Assembly (NCBI GenBank): GCA_030390025.1
Contig: CM059432.1
Span: forward strand, 61,072,001-61,136,000
Length of the DNA stretch: 64,000 nt
Direction of reading: 5' to 3'
From: Squalus acanthias
Taxonomy: Eukaryota
Made by a program: the position numbers and the translations under genes. A model generated the notes under the pieces. The model saw only the letters and a program-made list of their open reading frames with translations. It was not told the DNA's origin and ran no database searches. Below, one piece after another: positions 10,818 to 23,061 of the stretch; within the stretch, counting starts at the first letter, position 1; every line of letters starts with the position of its first letter.

Positions 10818-11003
10818 CACTGACTCCCACAGCTAACCTGAACTACACTTCCTCCCACCCCACTTCTTGTAAGGACTCTATTCCATTCTCGCAGTTTCTC
10901 CGTCTCCGCCGCATCTGCTCTGACAATGCCACCTTCCATACTAGTGCTTCCGATATGTCTTCCTTTTTCCTCAACCAAGGATTTCCCCTCTACCATGGTT
11001 GAC
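10818..11003 (+). mobile_element. Penelope-like element, RT C-terminal fragment
   Basis: Hand translation TDSHS..YTSSHPTSCKDSIPFSQFLRLRRICSD...FFLNQGFP, typical of the PLE RT thumb region. Confidence 0.75.
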
Positions 11004-11091
11004 ACGACCCCCTCAGACTCAGCACTGCACTGTTTGCTGTATTTTGCGGGGCAGGTGGGTGCCCGAGATATTCCTTGATGACATAGGTGCC

Positions 11092-11805
11092 CACCTGCAA
11101 AGAGACTTAGGGGTCCAGGTACATAGATCATTAAAATGTCATGAACAGGAACAGAAAATAATCAAAAAGGCTAATGGAATGCTGGCCTTTATATCTAGAG
11201 GACTAGAATACAAGGGGGTAGAAGTTATGCTGCAGCTGTACAAAACCCTGGTTAGACCAAACCTGGAGTACTGTGAGCAGTTCCGGGCAACACACCGTAG
11301 GAAGGATATATTGGCCTTGGTGGGAGTGCAACGTAGGTTTATCAGAATGATACCCAGACTCCAAGGGTTAAGTTACGAGGAGAGATTACACAAATTAGGG
11401 TTGTATTCCGTAGAATTTAGAAGGTTAAGAGGTGATTTGATCGAAGTTTTCAAGGTATTAAAGGGAACAGATAGGGTAGATAGAAACTATTTCCGCTGGT
11501 TTGGGAGTCTAGGGCTAGGGGGCATCGTCTAAAAATTAGAGCCAGACCTTGCAAGAGTGAAATTAGGAAACACTTCTACACACAAAGGGTGGTAGAAGTT
11601 TGGAACTCTCTTCCGCAAACAGAAATTGATGCTAGATCAATTGTTAATTTTAAATCTGAGATTGATAGATTTTTGTTGACCAAAGGTATTAAGGGATGTG
11701 GTCCAAAGGCGGGTATATGGAGTTAGGTCGCAGATCAGCCATGATTTAATTGAATGGCGGAACACTCTCGAGGGGCTGAATGGCCTACTCCTGTTCCTAT
11801 GTTCC
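11092..11805 (+). mobile_element. CR1-clade LINE, 3' fragment
   Basis: RDLGV...KKANGMLAFISRGLEYK...LYKTLVRPNLEYC...RRLRGDLIEVFK, then a 3' tail ending CCTACTCCTGTTCCTATGTTCCTAT. Confidence 0.9.
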
Positions 11806-13673
11806 TATTTAAATTAAGTGACCACCCCCCCACACTTCTACAAACTTTGGTGGGTTCAGCGCTGGAGGTAGCAGGTGGGTAAATCTCTGCATTTATGCCG
11901 GGATGCTGAACCAACAGATTTTCGGGCATTTTATTCCCAACAAAACTAGGAGATAATGTAGCAAGTAATAAGAAAAGCTTTAAGAAAATTTGGGACAATT
12001 ATGAGCTTGCATTACATATCATTAAGCAGCTAAAAGATGTCAGAACTGCTACAATAATTACCCACATGAACAGGGAGGCAGTGAAATACTTGACGGTTTT
12101 TAGATTGAGACAGATGAAGACAATACTGACAAAGAGCTGGTTCTTATTGAAATGCAGCAATTTTGTGTTGAAAAGACTAATGAAACCTTAAATAAATTTT
12201 GGAAAGCGCTGAAATAGACTCTAATACTATGGAAAATGTCATGTCAGAAAGATAGAAGCTTATCCTGCTTGGGGATGGAAGCACAACACACAGAGAGAAC
12301 AGAATTATTTCTCAGTCTAGAGATCAGAACAAAGGCAAACAGTGAATCAGATGAAAGTTGCATTCTCTCGCTTGAAGTTATTAGAGCAGTAGAAGACCAG
12401 TAAGCTAACAAGTTATTTGCCAACATTCTCATAAAAACAAACAAGTCAGATTTTTACTGGACTGAGGTCAACAAAAACAAAATGGAAATGAAGCCATTGG
12501 GGTCAAGAAGAGCCAGAGTTAAAATCTCAAGTACAAGAGGATCATCAGAGTTTTAATTAGTGGCAAGTTGTGGAGTGGTGCAGGAAAATCGTCCTTATTC
12601 ACTTTACATGGATTGTTACCATGCAAACTTACTGGATGAGGTCAACAAGATCATCTCTCAAGTAAAATACTTCAACATCAATAAAGGATATAGTTTTACA
12701 GTGGATGCATCTGAAAGAAAACTGGGAGCATTCTTCATGCAGTAATGCCAGGCTGTAGTAATGCCTCAAGAGGCTAGATTCTCCTAAGCGATCCTGCCTG
12801 AAGTTGGCCTCTCCAAAGAGCTCTCCTTACTTGCCCACTGCATGTAAGTGGCTGCGCTCAGGCCCCCCAGCAGATTTTCTACCCATTTGCCTATGTTGCC
12901 GCTGCTTCCTAACGCTACAATGGGGAAAGTGGCAATAGGCCCTAGAACGTAGTGGTAATGGGCCTAAAGTGCCCCTATGGAGGGAGAGGGCCTTGTAGCA
13001 GCTTCCTATCCTTCCATTCCACCCCCAGCACTTACCTGCTGAATGCCTTGGTCTTGGCCATGGCCTTCCGTGGGACATCAATTCACAGCATGAGGGCACT
13101 TCTGCCCTTGAACAGCAATCCCACTGCAGCACCACCAGGATTTTGCGGCGGGCTCCCTCTTGGTTGTAGCAATCCTGCTAGGAGTCCAACCTGTATATAT
13201 GATCCCTGACCATGGGGTAGTTGAGTCTGTAGGTAATGAAGGCACGTGTAGGGTTTAAATGGCTGATGGAGCTAGGGACTGCGGTGGGCAATATTACAAA
13301 GTAAGTGGGCTTTGTGATGGAGAAGATGCGAGGTCTAAAGGTGGGTTCAGGCTGCAACAGGACTTTAAGATTGCAAACACTCTGGCCGGAATTTTCTGTA
13401 CCTGGGCGGGTCGGGTGCGGGCAGTCGCCGTGGTGGGTCACGACCCCGTTCTTCACTGCATCCTGCTCTTTCAACTTTCCCTTAATGGCACCTATTAAGG
13501 CAGCCCTGCGCATTACCCGGTCCTATTAAATGGTGTGGGTCTGATGACGTTATTGATGACGCGTCTTCAGCTGGGATATTTAAAGAGGCCATGGCCACAT
13601 TGTATTTGAAGGTTCATCTAGGATAGTGCAGTCAGGGCACTGCACCATTGGAGTGTTGCAAAGAGTGGCAGAC

Positions 13674-15516
13674 ATGACTGCACAGAGACAGAGGGCTGCA
13701 CCCAGGTTCCCCGATGACTCCCTCCATATGCTTGTGGAGGGAGTGAGAGCACGCAGGGAGTTCCTCTTCCATTTCAATGGGCGGAAGAGACCTCCTCAGA
13801 AGACCCAAGGAGCCTGGCTCCAAATAGCAGAGGAGGTCAACAGCAGGGATGTTGTGAGGAGGGCCTGGGTGCAGTGCCGCAAACATTTCAATGATCTCAT
13901 TAGATCAGGAAAGGTGAGTGCAAAGCCACACTCAACTTCATCCTGCTGTGCCTCTCATCACATCCCCATCACTCTGACTTCCCAAACCTACTCCTGCACA
14001 TCCTTAGTCACACCAACATACCCTGCACCTCCACCCATCCCTCTCTCTATCTACATTATCACATCCCCATCTGACTAGCCACCCCTCACACTCACCCTTA
14101 TCCTAATGCAATCATACCAATTAACAACACACAAGGAGGCACTTGGCACTGCCACCTCACTCCATCATAGTCATTCTCATTTATTCCTTACACTCATTCC
14201 ATCACTCTCACTCAAATTTCTCTTCTTTCCCTCCTTGCAGGAAAAGAGAGCCCACAATAAAAGGGAGAGGGAGAGAACCGGAGGTGGCACTCCATCATTG
14301 GCCACCTTAACAGCAGCAGAGGAGGTTGCCTTGGAAGTGTCGGGAGTCGCAGAGCAGCTGGAGGTGGGAGACAGAGAGAGGGGACCATCTCAGCAACCCG
14401 GTGACAGAATTACATCTCATACAGCCACATGGCATACAGCAATCACTCATATGGGGACTGATGTCAACAGCCACTGAATGTTCATCATGTGCATAATGTT
14501 ATCTCTACCCATTCTTGATATGACATATCTAACTCATCTCTTTTTTCCCCCACAGGTCCATCAAGAGCCACCCTCCCACTGTCCAGGAGGAAGAGCAAGA
14601 CGACACCTCAGAAGAGCTGCCAGCCTCTGAGTATGCACCGTCACCAGACATATGCGCACCCTGCACCGGCGCAGATAAGCACACCATGGTGGGTGCAACG
14701 CAAGATAGAGTAGTGTTGTCACCTGGTGTCTCACAATTCACAAGTGAGCAACAGCAGATGGTGGAGACAGGGACAGCAGTGGAGACTCCTGGTCGGAGGG
14801 CGCAGGACGCTCCCAGCTACACTCAGCTGCATGCAGACGCTGAGCCTCGGGGGCCATCCAGAAAGAGGGCGATCCTGGAGGTGCAGCAAGAAGTGCAGGA
14901 GGCTTTGACAGGTTTTGCGACCGTGTTGTCTGCAAATGTTCAGAGAATGGAGGAGTTCATCTCCAACACGAGCACCACTGTGTCGCAGGTGATGGCGACT
15001 GTAGACTCCTCCATGGATAGGATGGCCACCTGCATGGAGCAGCTAATGCACCACTCACAGGAGCATATGCTATCTATGGAGAATAGATGACAGACGCTCA
15101 TAGACCTCCTCTCTAGAAGGGATGTCAATGTAGATGTGGGTCCTCATGGCCCCATTGCTGTGCAGCAGGGTGCTCTCCAGCTCCTTGCTAGCAGGTAAGT
15201 GAGGGTGGCCCAAGAGAGGGATGATGGTGCGAGGAGACATGGAAGTGGGGGCTCCTCTCAAAGCGCTCACACTTCTCCCCCGTTTACCCGCCCCCCTCAG
15301 TCAGAGCCCCAGATGGCTCCTTGGATCGTGATGGCCGAGTCTGCCCCTGCACAGTTGCAGGAGGGGCCATCACAGACTCCAAAACCCAGAGGACGTCTGC
15401 CAAAAGTGTCTATGCAGTCGCAGCAGGGAAGTGAGCAGGCTACCTCTACCTCTGCTGAAGCCACAGCGGTAGCACCTCGTAGAAGCATGGGTAAGTGAAA
15501 GATGAAACACAAGTAG
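13674..15516 (+). pseudogene. Harbinger Myb/SANT-like DNA-binding gene; exons 13674-13913, 14241-14400, 14556-15516
   Basis: RAAPRFPDDSLHMLVEGV...W..IAEEVN...WVQCRKHFNDL; AAG|GTGAGT donor, TTGCAG|GAA acceptor, G|GTGACA donor, CCACAG|GT acceptor, all conserved in sister copies; frameshift and stops in exon 3. Confidence 0.88.
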
Positions 15517-15814
15517 ATGCACAAAGGTAGCTACTTGGGTGCTTTAATAAATGTTTCTGTGAAGTTTCCATTACTGTGATGTCACAGATAAAAATATTTA
15601 TTTTCACCAATTTCCGGTCATGGACAAATTTGTGTGCACCTTTGGAAGTGGCTTAGTGAGTTGGAGTGAATGGTGAGACATAACGTTACCTCCAGCAATG
15701 GTGGTCAGTGTGAAAGGAATGGCTTGGTCATTGTAGGGATCCTTTATGATGTTGCTGTGGGGTGGTGCCAACCTGGCGCAGCATGTGGGAGGCATATGGG
15801 TGTAATGCGTGAAG

Positions 15815-17071
15815 TTAAGTAAATCTGGCCATGATGAGCCCATCCCTGAGCTCCCAGGCAGCAATGTGCTCGGGTGCTGGTGGGATCTGGACCGCAGGTT
15901 CCTCCTGCTCCTCTTCCTCCTCATCTTCCAGCTGATGCTCCTCTTGCTCCTGGTCCTCCTCCTCCTCCTCTGAAGAGGCTGATTGCTCAGAGCCTTTCTC
16001 CTCATGAAGCGCTAATCCTTGCTGCTGTGCTATGTTGCGCAGGGCGCAGCGGACCACGATGATTCTGGAAACCCTAGCTGGTGCATACTGAAGGGCTCTT
16101 CCAGATCTGTCAAGGCATCTGAGACGCATTTTCAGCATGCCTATTGTCTGCTCTATGACACATCTGGTGGAAATGTGGCTTTCATTATATCTCTCCTTGG
16201 CCTCAGTACTTGGTCTCCTCAAGGGTGCCATAAGCCACGTCTTCAGTGAATAGCCCTTGTCTCCAAGCAGCCAGCTAGAAAGTCTGTTTGGAGGAGCGAA
16301 GAGCTGAGGGAGGGTGGACTGGCGCAGGACAAAAGAGTCATGGCAGTTACCAGGGAAATTGGCGCACACATGCATGATGATCTTACTATGGTTGCAGACG
16401 AACTGCACATTGAGGGAGTGGAAGCACTTGCGGTTGACAAAGACTCCTGGGTGATGATGGGGTGCCCTGAAGGCCACATGTGTGTAGTCGATAACGTCCT
16501 GCACCCATGGGAAGCCAGCCAGAGCGGCAAAGGCCAGCGTCCACTCAGTAACACTGGCTTCATCAGTGGCAAAGTTGATATAATTGGCTGACTTGTCAAA
16601 GAGGGCATCGGTGACCTGTGTGATGCAGCTGTGGGCGGCCGACTGCAAGCTGCCGCAAATGTCTGCTGCAGGTCCCTGGAAGGAGCCTGAGGTGAAGAAG
16701 TTGAGGGCGCTGGTGACTTTGACAGCCACTGGTAAGGCATGTCCACCCGCACCTCTGGGCTGCAGGTCTTGCTCCAGCAATCTGCAAATGTCTGTGACAA
16801 CCTGCCGCGATAGCCTGAGCCTCCTTTGGCACTGCTGCTCCGTCATGTTGAGGAAGCTTATCGTCTACCTCTATACCCTGTGTTGGGCGTATCGTCTCCG
16901 GCGCGGTGCAGCCCTGTGCTGATGCCCTCTGTCCTGTGCAGATTCAGGTGGTTGAGGAAAAGGTTGGTGGTGTTGTTGTTGGTGCTGTTGGTGTGCCTGG
17001 TGCTGCTGGTGTTGGAGCTCATCGTGGTCCGATTATGAGGACCAAGGAGAGACAGTATAAACAGCACCCAT
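15815..17071 (-). pseudogene. Harbinger DDE transposase, about 418 codons, with in-frame stops in the N-terminal part
   Basis: ORF 15815-16846 keeps VIDYTHV, GDKGY and IEQTIG; it is in frame with the ATG at 17071 (MGAVYTVSPW), as in the copy starting at 56386. Confidence 0.92.
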
Positions 17072-17900
17072 GCTGATGGAATCAATGGCAGGTCAAGTAG
17101 AGATGACAGAAGCAATCTGTCAATGGTGTTATAGGTTCTACCAATGAGGTGACAGTGGATCCCGACTTTGCTGGAAACACTTGCAACCTCTAGAAAGCTA
17201 AATCTGTGCTGACAATGCACTCAGCAACAACATCTGCCTTAGGAAAGTGACCAGCTGTCATGTGGGTTTTTTTATTGTACTTTTCATGCTGTGCACTCAT
17301 GAGGTGGATCAATGGCCACTCAACTTCCGCCTCAGGTTCACAGACGTGGTTCCCGAGCTGTGTGATTTCTGTGCTCATCCAGGGAAATTGGAAAGGTAGG
17401 GTAAAAAGACGCTTAAGGGTCTGACAAGTACCTCATAATGATCTCAATTACCTCGGCCACCTCTGCCGTTCGGGTCGATGCCGCGCTGGCAAATGCGCTC
17501 GAGGGAAAGACGCATGGGGCGGGATGACGGCGGGTTCCCGACCCGCTCCAAGGTTTTTCAAATTTCCCTCCCGACCCGCCTCCAATCACGCCCACACAGA
17601 CCCCAGAAAATTCCGGCCTCTGGTTCAGTCTGAGGCAGTGGATGGGGGAGGGGAATAGAATCAGTCAAAAGGGAGCAGAGTTATCAAGGTGTGATTTAAG
17701 ATATACATATCAAAGTGTGATATATGCCAGAATTTTCAAGCCAAACAGCAAAAGGAATCACTTACTAAACTTAAATACTAAAAACGCCCTGGAAGAAAAC
17801 AGGATGTGATCTGTTTGAAGCAGATGAAAGAAACCATTTCCTATGTCTTGACTACTATTGTGATTTCTTTGAAATAGACAGACTGTCTGATAAAACAAGG

Positions 17901-18340
17901 GAACATAGGAACAGGAGTAGGCCATTTAGCCCCTCGAGCCTGTTCTGCCATTCAATGAGATCATGGCTGATCTGTGACTTAACTCCATCTACCCGCCTTT
18001 GCCCCATATCCCTTAATACCTTAGGTTAACAAAAATCTATCAATCTCAGATTTAAAATTAACAATTGATCTAGCATCAACTGCCGTTTGCGGAAGAATTC
18101 CAAAATTCTACCACCCTTTGCGTGTAGAACTGTTTCCTAACTTCACTCCTGAAAGATCTGACTCTAATTTTTAGGCTATGCCCCCTAGTCCTAGACTCCC
18201 TAACCAACGGAAATAATTTCTATCTACCCTATCAGTTCCCCTTAATATCTTGAAAACTTCGATCAAATCACCACTTAACCTTCTAAATTCCAGAGAATAC
18301 AACGTTAGTTTGTGTAATCTCTCCTCGTAATTTAACCCTC
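17901..18340 (-). mobile_element. CR1 LINE 3' end inserted into the old Gypsy integrase
   Basis: Reverse complement closely matches 11360-11805 (GLNYEERLHKL...GDLIEVFK plus tail). Confidence 0.9.
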
Positions 18341-18564
18341 GGCAGTCATAGCTAAGATGACTCATTTTGCACATGATAGTGTTCCACATGAGGTTATAAC
18401 AGATAGTGGACTATCATTTAATGTAAGGAAATTGCAACAGGTTGGACAACAACATGCGTTTAGTCATGTCACCAGCTCAATAAGGCACCCACAAGCAAAT
18501 GACAAGTCAGAGAACGCTGTTAAAGTTTCAACAGCATGCTTAGACAAAGCACACAATAAGTTCA

Positions 18565-18945
18565 TGGGTACGGTAGCATAGTGGTTATGTTACTGGACTA
18601 GTAATCCAAGAGGCATGATCTGGAGACACAAGTTCAAATCCCACCACAGGCAGCTGGGAAATTTAAATTAAATTAATCTGAAATTAAAAACCAGTATCAG
18701 TAATGGTGACCATGATACTATGAGATTGTTGTAAAAAACCTATGTGGTTCACTAATGTCCTTTAAGGAAGGAAATCTGCTGTCCTTACCTGGTCTGACCC
18801 ACAGCAATGTGGTTGACTCTTAACTGCCCTCTGTGGTTCAAGAAAGTGGCTCACCACCACCACCTTCTCAAGGGAAATTAGGGATGGGCAATAAATGCTG
18901 GCCTTGCCAGCGACGCCCACATCCCATGAACAAATTTTAAAAAAC
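18565..18945 (+). mobile_element. tRNA-head SINE with a LINE-derived 3' tail
   Basis: A-box-like TAGCATAGTGG, B-box-like GTTCAAATCC; tail ...GGGCAATAAATGCTGGCCTTGCCAGCGACGCCCACATCCCATGAA shared with the LINE end at 62385-62480. Confidence 0.75.
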
Positions 18946-20137
18946 AGAAGTTGGCACAGACCCTTTGCTCTTTTTGACTGGTACAATATACCCAGTCAGA
19001 TACTGGACAGAGCACCAAGTCAAAGGCTATTTGGCAGACAGATGAAACACTCCTCTCTACAGCAAGCTGACTTCTGAAACTGAGATTAGTAAGTGATGTA
19101 AAAGAGAAGCTATATTTCAGAAAAGCCAAACAGGGCCAGCTCTACAATCATAAGCTAACAGAAGGAGAAGTTGTTAGAATTCAGACAACAGGAACAGAGA
19201 AATGGTTGTCAGCACAAGTGAAATAGAAAGTGACTATCAGATCCTACAGTGTAAAAACTTACAATAGAAAGGTGTTTAGCAGGAACAAGAGACACCTCCA
19301 GAAACCAGACCCATTGTTTATGGAGAGATCTGAGAGAACAACAGAAGACCCTGGTCGGTAACAGTAAGCCAGTACCACAACTGGAACTTCAAAAACACTA
19401 CGAATAACAACCCTAACAATAAGAAATGGTAAAGTAGTGCCAAAACCATGTAACAATGATTGTATCAACTGTTATTTCTGGAACTGTTGGACTTTATAGT
19501 TGATATGGATTTCATCATTATTACTGATGTAGTCTTTTTTTGAAGTTTATTTTCCTTTGAGGCGAGAGTTATTTCCTTTGAGGATGGAGATGTATCAATA
19601 TTGGGGTAACTTCGTATCCATAATCAAGTTCCCTGACTGTCCCCTCTGAATTAAAATTGTTTACATGATTGACAGTTACATCCGAGTTGAAATGTCTAAT
19701 CAACACACACCACATTTTGAAACTCTGAAGTCTTTTTCAGTTTGTTGCCAACTGAATTTAATAACAAACACGACACACACAGGGGCGAAATCCATGGAGT
19801 GGGCACATCCCGCTGACCCTGCCAAAGTTTGTGGGTTTGGGGAGGTTCCTGCACCACTAGGATTACATCTGTGATACCCGCACACCAACTGCAGCAGTAG
19901 AGTGGCTTGTTAACAACCCCCCACAAAAAAACAGTGAACTGCCCAGAACAGCCACCTTTATAAGGGCGCCACAGTTAAATAGTTTAAAAAAATTCCCCAT
20001 TCTTCTTTGGGGGGTCTAGGCATGATCCTGGCCAGGACCCCCAGGTAGGGCCTACATGCACTTGTGGCCTACTATGCCTAGTCCATGCTCCCAGCCCCAT
20101 CTCCCACTGCTGGCCTTGTAACACCACAAAAATAGTT

Positions 20138-20320
20138 TAACTGGCCAGGTATCTCATTGCTGTTTGTAGGACCAAGTTGTGCGTAAATTGACTGCCACAT
20201 TTGCCTACAAAATAACAGTGACTACATTTCAAAAGTAATTAATTGGCTGTAATGCGCTTTAGAATGCCCCCAGGATATGAAAAGTGCGATGTAAATGCAA
20301 ATTCCTTTGTTCTTTCTTTT
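20138..20320 (+). mobile_element. Deu-domain SINE, 3' fragment
   Basis: CTCATTGCTGTTTGTAGGA...GTGCGTAAATTGACTGCC...CAGTGACTACATTTCAAAAGTAATT, homologous to 36862-37080 and 43270-43463. Confidence 0.7.
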
Positions 20321-21121
20321 CTCAAAGTGAATTATGTATGAACACTGCATCAACGATTGTTGCATGAATCATTTCAAAGCAGCGTTTCTGCCCCTAATGG
20401 AAACAGCATATATTGTTATTGCAACAACAAAATGCTTTCAAATGTCTACATGTTAATATTTTATTTTCCTTACTGAAAGAGAAGATCCTCAAGAATAAAA
20501 CTTGCATCACAGACACTGCCTCACCCATATCACTTGAAGCACTGAACAGCCCAATGACACATATTTTGGAAGGTGACAATGAACTTTACAAAAGTACAGA
20601 GGGTGAGTCATTGATCACAAGCTGCTGAATGTAGGTTCAAAATGGCAAGGGACCTTATTGAATCACTGTGATTTTTCACTCATGAAGCCACTCATGTTCC
20701 GTACACCCAAGGAGTAGGTTATTCCTTGAACAAGGAAGGTTCAACTGGTCTCTTGCTTCTCTGCAAGATGAGATGGGTACTGTTGCAAATTCAACCATGC
20801 AGTTTGTCACTCCCATGCAGCAAGAATTGTCTGCTTTTGGACTACCATTGAGCAACGTGCCCATCAATGGTTTCTGCAGAGGAGATCGCCGGTGTGCAGA
20901 ATGAGAACACAGTCACAGCATCAGCTCTTACTGAGGTTTGCCTTATATTGAGGGCTACATCCTCATGATACAATCACTGTCAGCTTCGGTTCAAAGATTT
21001 AATTGAAAATGCATTGGTGTATGTTTGTACAGGCCAGTGCAAGAACTAGCACGGATGCTGAAGCATAGGAACAGGTATGTGGCTCTCAAATTAGTATCAG
21101 TCCTTTTCTGAGCACGTAATA

Positions 21122-21400
21122 GCAGAAACAACAAGAACATGCATTTATATAGTGCCTTTAATGTAGGAAAACATCCCAAGGCGCTTCACAGAAGCATAAT
21201 CAGAGAAAATTTGATATTGAGCCAAAGAAGGAGATATTAGAGGGGCGACTAAAAGTTTGGTCTTAAAGGAGGAGAGAGATGTGGCAATGTGGAGAAGTTT
21301 AGGGAGATAATTCCAGAGCACAGGGCCCAGACAGCTGAAGACATGGCTGCCAATGGTGGAGTGAAGGATGCACATGAGGCCAGAGTTAGAGGAACCCATA
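21122..21400 (-). mobile_element. L2 LINE 3' tail
   Basis: Reverse complement matches the L2 tails at 23600-23880 and 39560-39870. Confidence 0.75.
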
Positions 21401-21648
21401 TTTTCCAGAACGCCATGTTTGAATCCCTGTAATCAGGTTTCCACCCTTGCTACAGTACTGAAACAGCTCTTATCAAAGTCACCAATGACATCCTATGCAA
21501 CTGTGACATAGGTAAACTTTCCCTCCTGTCCTTCTCGACCTGTCTGCAGCCTTTGACATAGTTGACCACTCCATCCTCCTCCAATGCCTCTCCACCGTCA
21601 TCCAGCTGGGTGGAACTGCACTTGCCTGGTTCTATTCTTATCTATCTA

Positions 21649-22003
21649 CAGGAAACTCTCGTTTAAACGGCACCTAAATATCTGGAATTCTCTAATAACC
21701 GGCAGAATTCATACTCCAAAAACTACAGTATACAGTCGTTTATAAGTTTTATTTTACTGTTAAGTAATTAAAGAGTTATGGATTACCCTCAACTGGCATT
21801 ACTGTACTTAATCAAGCATCTTCCACCATCCATTTAACACAACATTCTGTCGGGGAGTACCCAATTATACTGCACATTTCTTGATTTTTTTATTTTTGTT
21901 TGTTAAAAATAGCCTCGGTAGATATACCTCTCCGTTATCCGGAATTTTGAATCAACTGGCACCATCCCGGTCCCGTCGGTGCCAGATACCAAAGAGTTTC
22001 CTG
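21649..22003. mobile_element. 355-bp pogo/Tigger-like (Tc1/mariner) MITE, copy 1
   Basis: TA TSD; TIR CAGGAAACTCT...GGCACC; the L2 host reads through when it is removed; second copy at 48887-49241. Confidence 0.88.
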
Positions 22004-22306
22004 TAATTGTAGCCAGAGAATCACCTGCAATGGCTTCTCTTCCCGCTCCTGCATCGTTACCTCTGATGTCCCCCAAGGATCTATCCTTGCCCCCGTCTTA
22101 TTTCTTAACGACATGCTGCCCTCGGCGACATCATCCGAAAACAAAGCGTCAGTTTCCACATGTACGTTGATGACACCCAACTCTACCTCACCACCACTTC
22201 TCTCAACCCCTGCACTGTCTCTAAAATGTCAGACTGCTTGTTCGATATCCAGTACTGAATGAGCAGAAATTTTCTCCAACTAAATATTGGGAAGACCGAA
22301 GCCATT

Positions 22307-23061
22307 GGGCTGGATTTTCATAGACCCGTGGAGGCGAGTTTGGAGGCGTGTGGGGGGTTAAAATTGCGAAAAGTGTCGGGCGGACCCGACCCCGCCTCCA
22401 TTCCACCTCCACGCAATTTTGATGAAATCGTGTGCGGTGGTCCCGTCTCCGTCCCGCCGCCAAGAGGCGGGAGAGGCCATTAAAGCCCGTAACAAGCCCT
22501 AAATTGGCTCTGTAATGCCATTTTGAAACGTTTTAGCTAGTTTAACCCTTTTCCCACGTGAAGCACGCCTGATCTGAAACACGCCAGTGAAACCTGACGG
22601 GAGCACAAGTGGATAGCTGACTATCAGCTGCAGGTCCACTATTACAACGGAGATGTGATGAAGGTAGTAGTAGTATTAGGTCTGAAAGTCGCCTCTCATG
22701 CTGCTGCATTGAATGTCTTCAGAGACTGCCTGGCCTTTGCTGTGAGAGGACCTGGATGCAAAAAAAATTCTCATTCTCTCTCTCTCTCTCTCTCTCTCTG
22801 ATGCTGCTCATTTTGCATCCAGGTCCTCTCACAGCAAAGGCCAGGCAGTCTCTGACCTGCAATGCAGCAACAATGATGACATCATCAGAGGCGACTTTCA
22901 GACTGAAAACACTAATTGGTTCATGGGTTCCCACATGCTGGAACTCAATTGCCCAATTAAGTGAAAATTGCATCAATCTCCCACATCCAATTGCAGTCGG
23001 GTGGATAACACGAAATGCGGATGACACGACCCCAACCTGCCCCAGTATCAAAATCCAGCCC
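22307..23061. mobile_element. Non-autonomous Harbinger (755 bp) with a long internal hairpin
   Basis: TIR GGGCTGGATTTT (12 bp perfect), TSD ATT; empty site GAAGCCATTGTCTTC matches other L2 copies; left end homologous to 34700-35054 reversed. Confidence 0.9.

Larger units (their letters stand above)
13384..17618. mobile_element. Full-length two-gene PIF/Harbinger transposon (4235 bp), inactivated
   Basis: Perfect 15-bp TIR GGCCGGAATTTTCTG; TSD TCT (13381-13383 and 17619-17621); convergent Myb-like (+) and transposase (-) genes. Confidence 0.95.
13200..17680 (-). mobile_element. L2 LINE fragment split by the Harbinger at 13384-17618
   Basis: 13200-13383 and 17619-17680 join across the TSD into sequence homologous to the L2 copies near 23150 and 24550. 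Confidence 0.7.
11900..19600 (+). mobile_element. Old, decayed Gypsy-like LTR retrotransposon split by later insertions
   Basis: Colinear relics: RNase H-like VDASERKLGAFFMQ (about 12700-12742), integrase DYYCDFFEIDRL (about 17850), VPHEVITDSG...HVTSSIRHPQANDKSENAVK (18380-18525), APSQRLFGRQ (about 19010), purine tract then TGT near 19580-19593. Outer limits approximate. Confidence 0.65.

Noticed and set aside
12771..13191. Further GC-rich MITE-like patches (also about 19780-20130, 26770-27480, 51920-52250, 57330-57680, 58375-58760, 59807-60220)
   Set aside because: They resemble Harbinger MITE remnants, but TIR pairs and TSDs are too decayed to give supported boundaries.
13626..14078. Calling the Myb/SANT ORFs host genes such as NAIF1, MYPOP or MSANTD
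   Set aside because: Five decayed copies, all inside Harbinger termini; the ORF tails are intron read-through.
15815..16846. Calling the 343-aa and 332-aa (55149-56147) ORFs the domesticated gene HARBI1
   Set aside because: They sit between TIRs with TSDs, are multi-copy and carry stops or frameshifts, so they are transposon copies.
18565..18650. tRNA genes here and at 42995-43075
   Set aside because: A/B boxes are present but there is no full cloverleaf, and both run into SINE bodies.
20394..21120. Possible host exons or a decayed gene in short ORFs
   Set aside because: No recognisable motif or consistent splice pair; may be very old transposon sequence.
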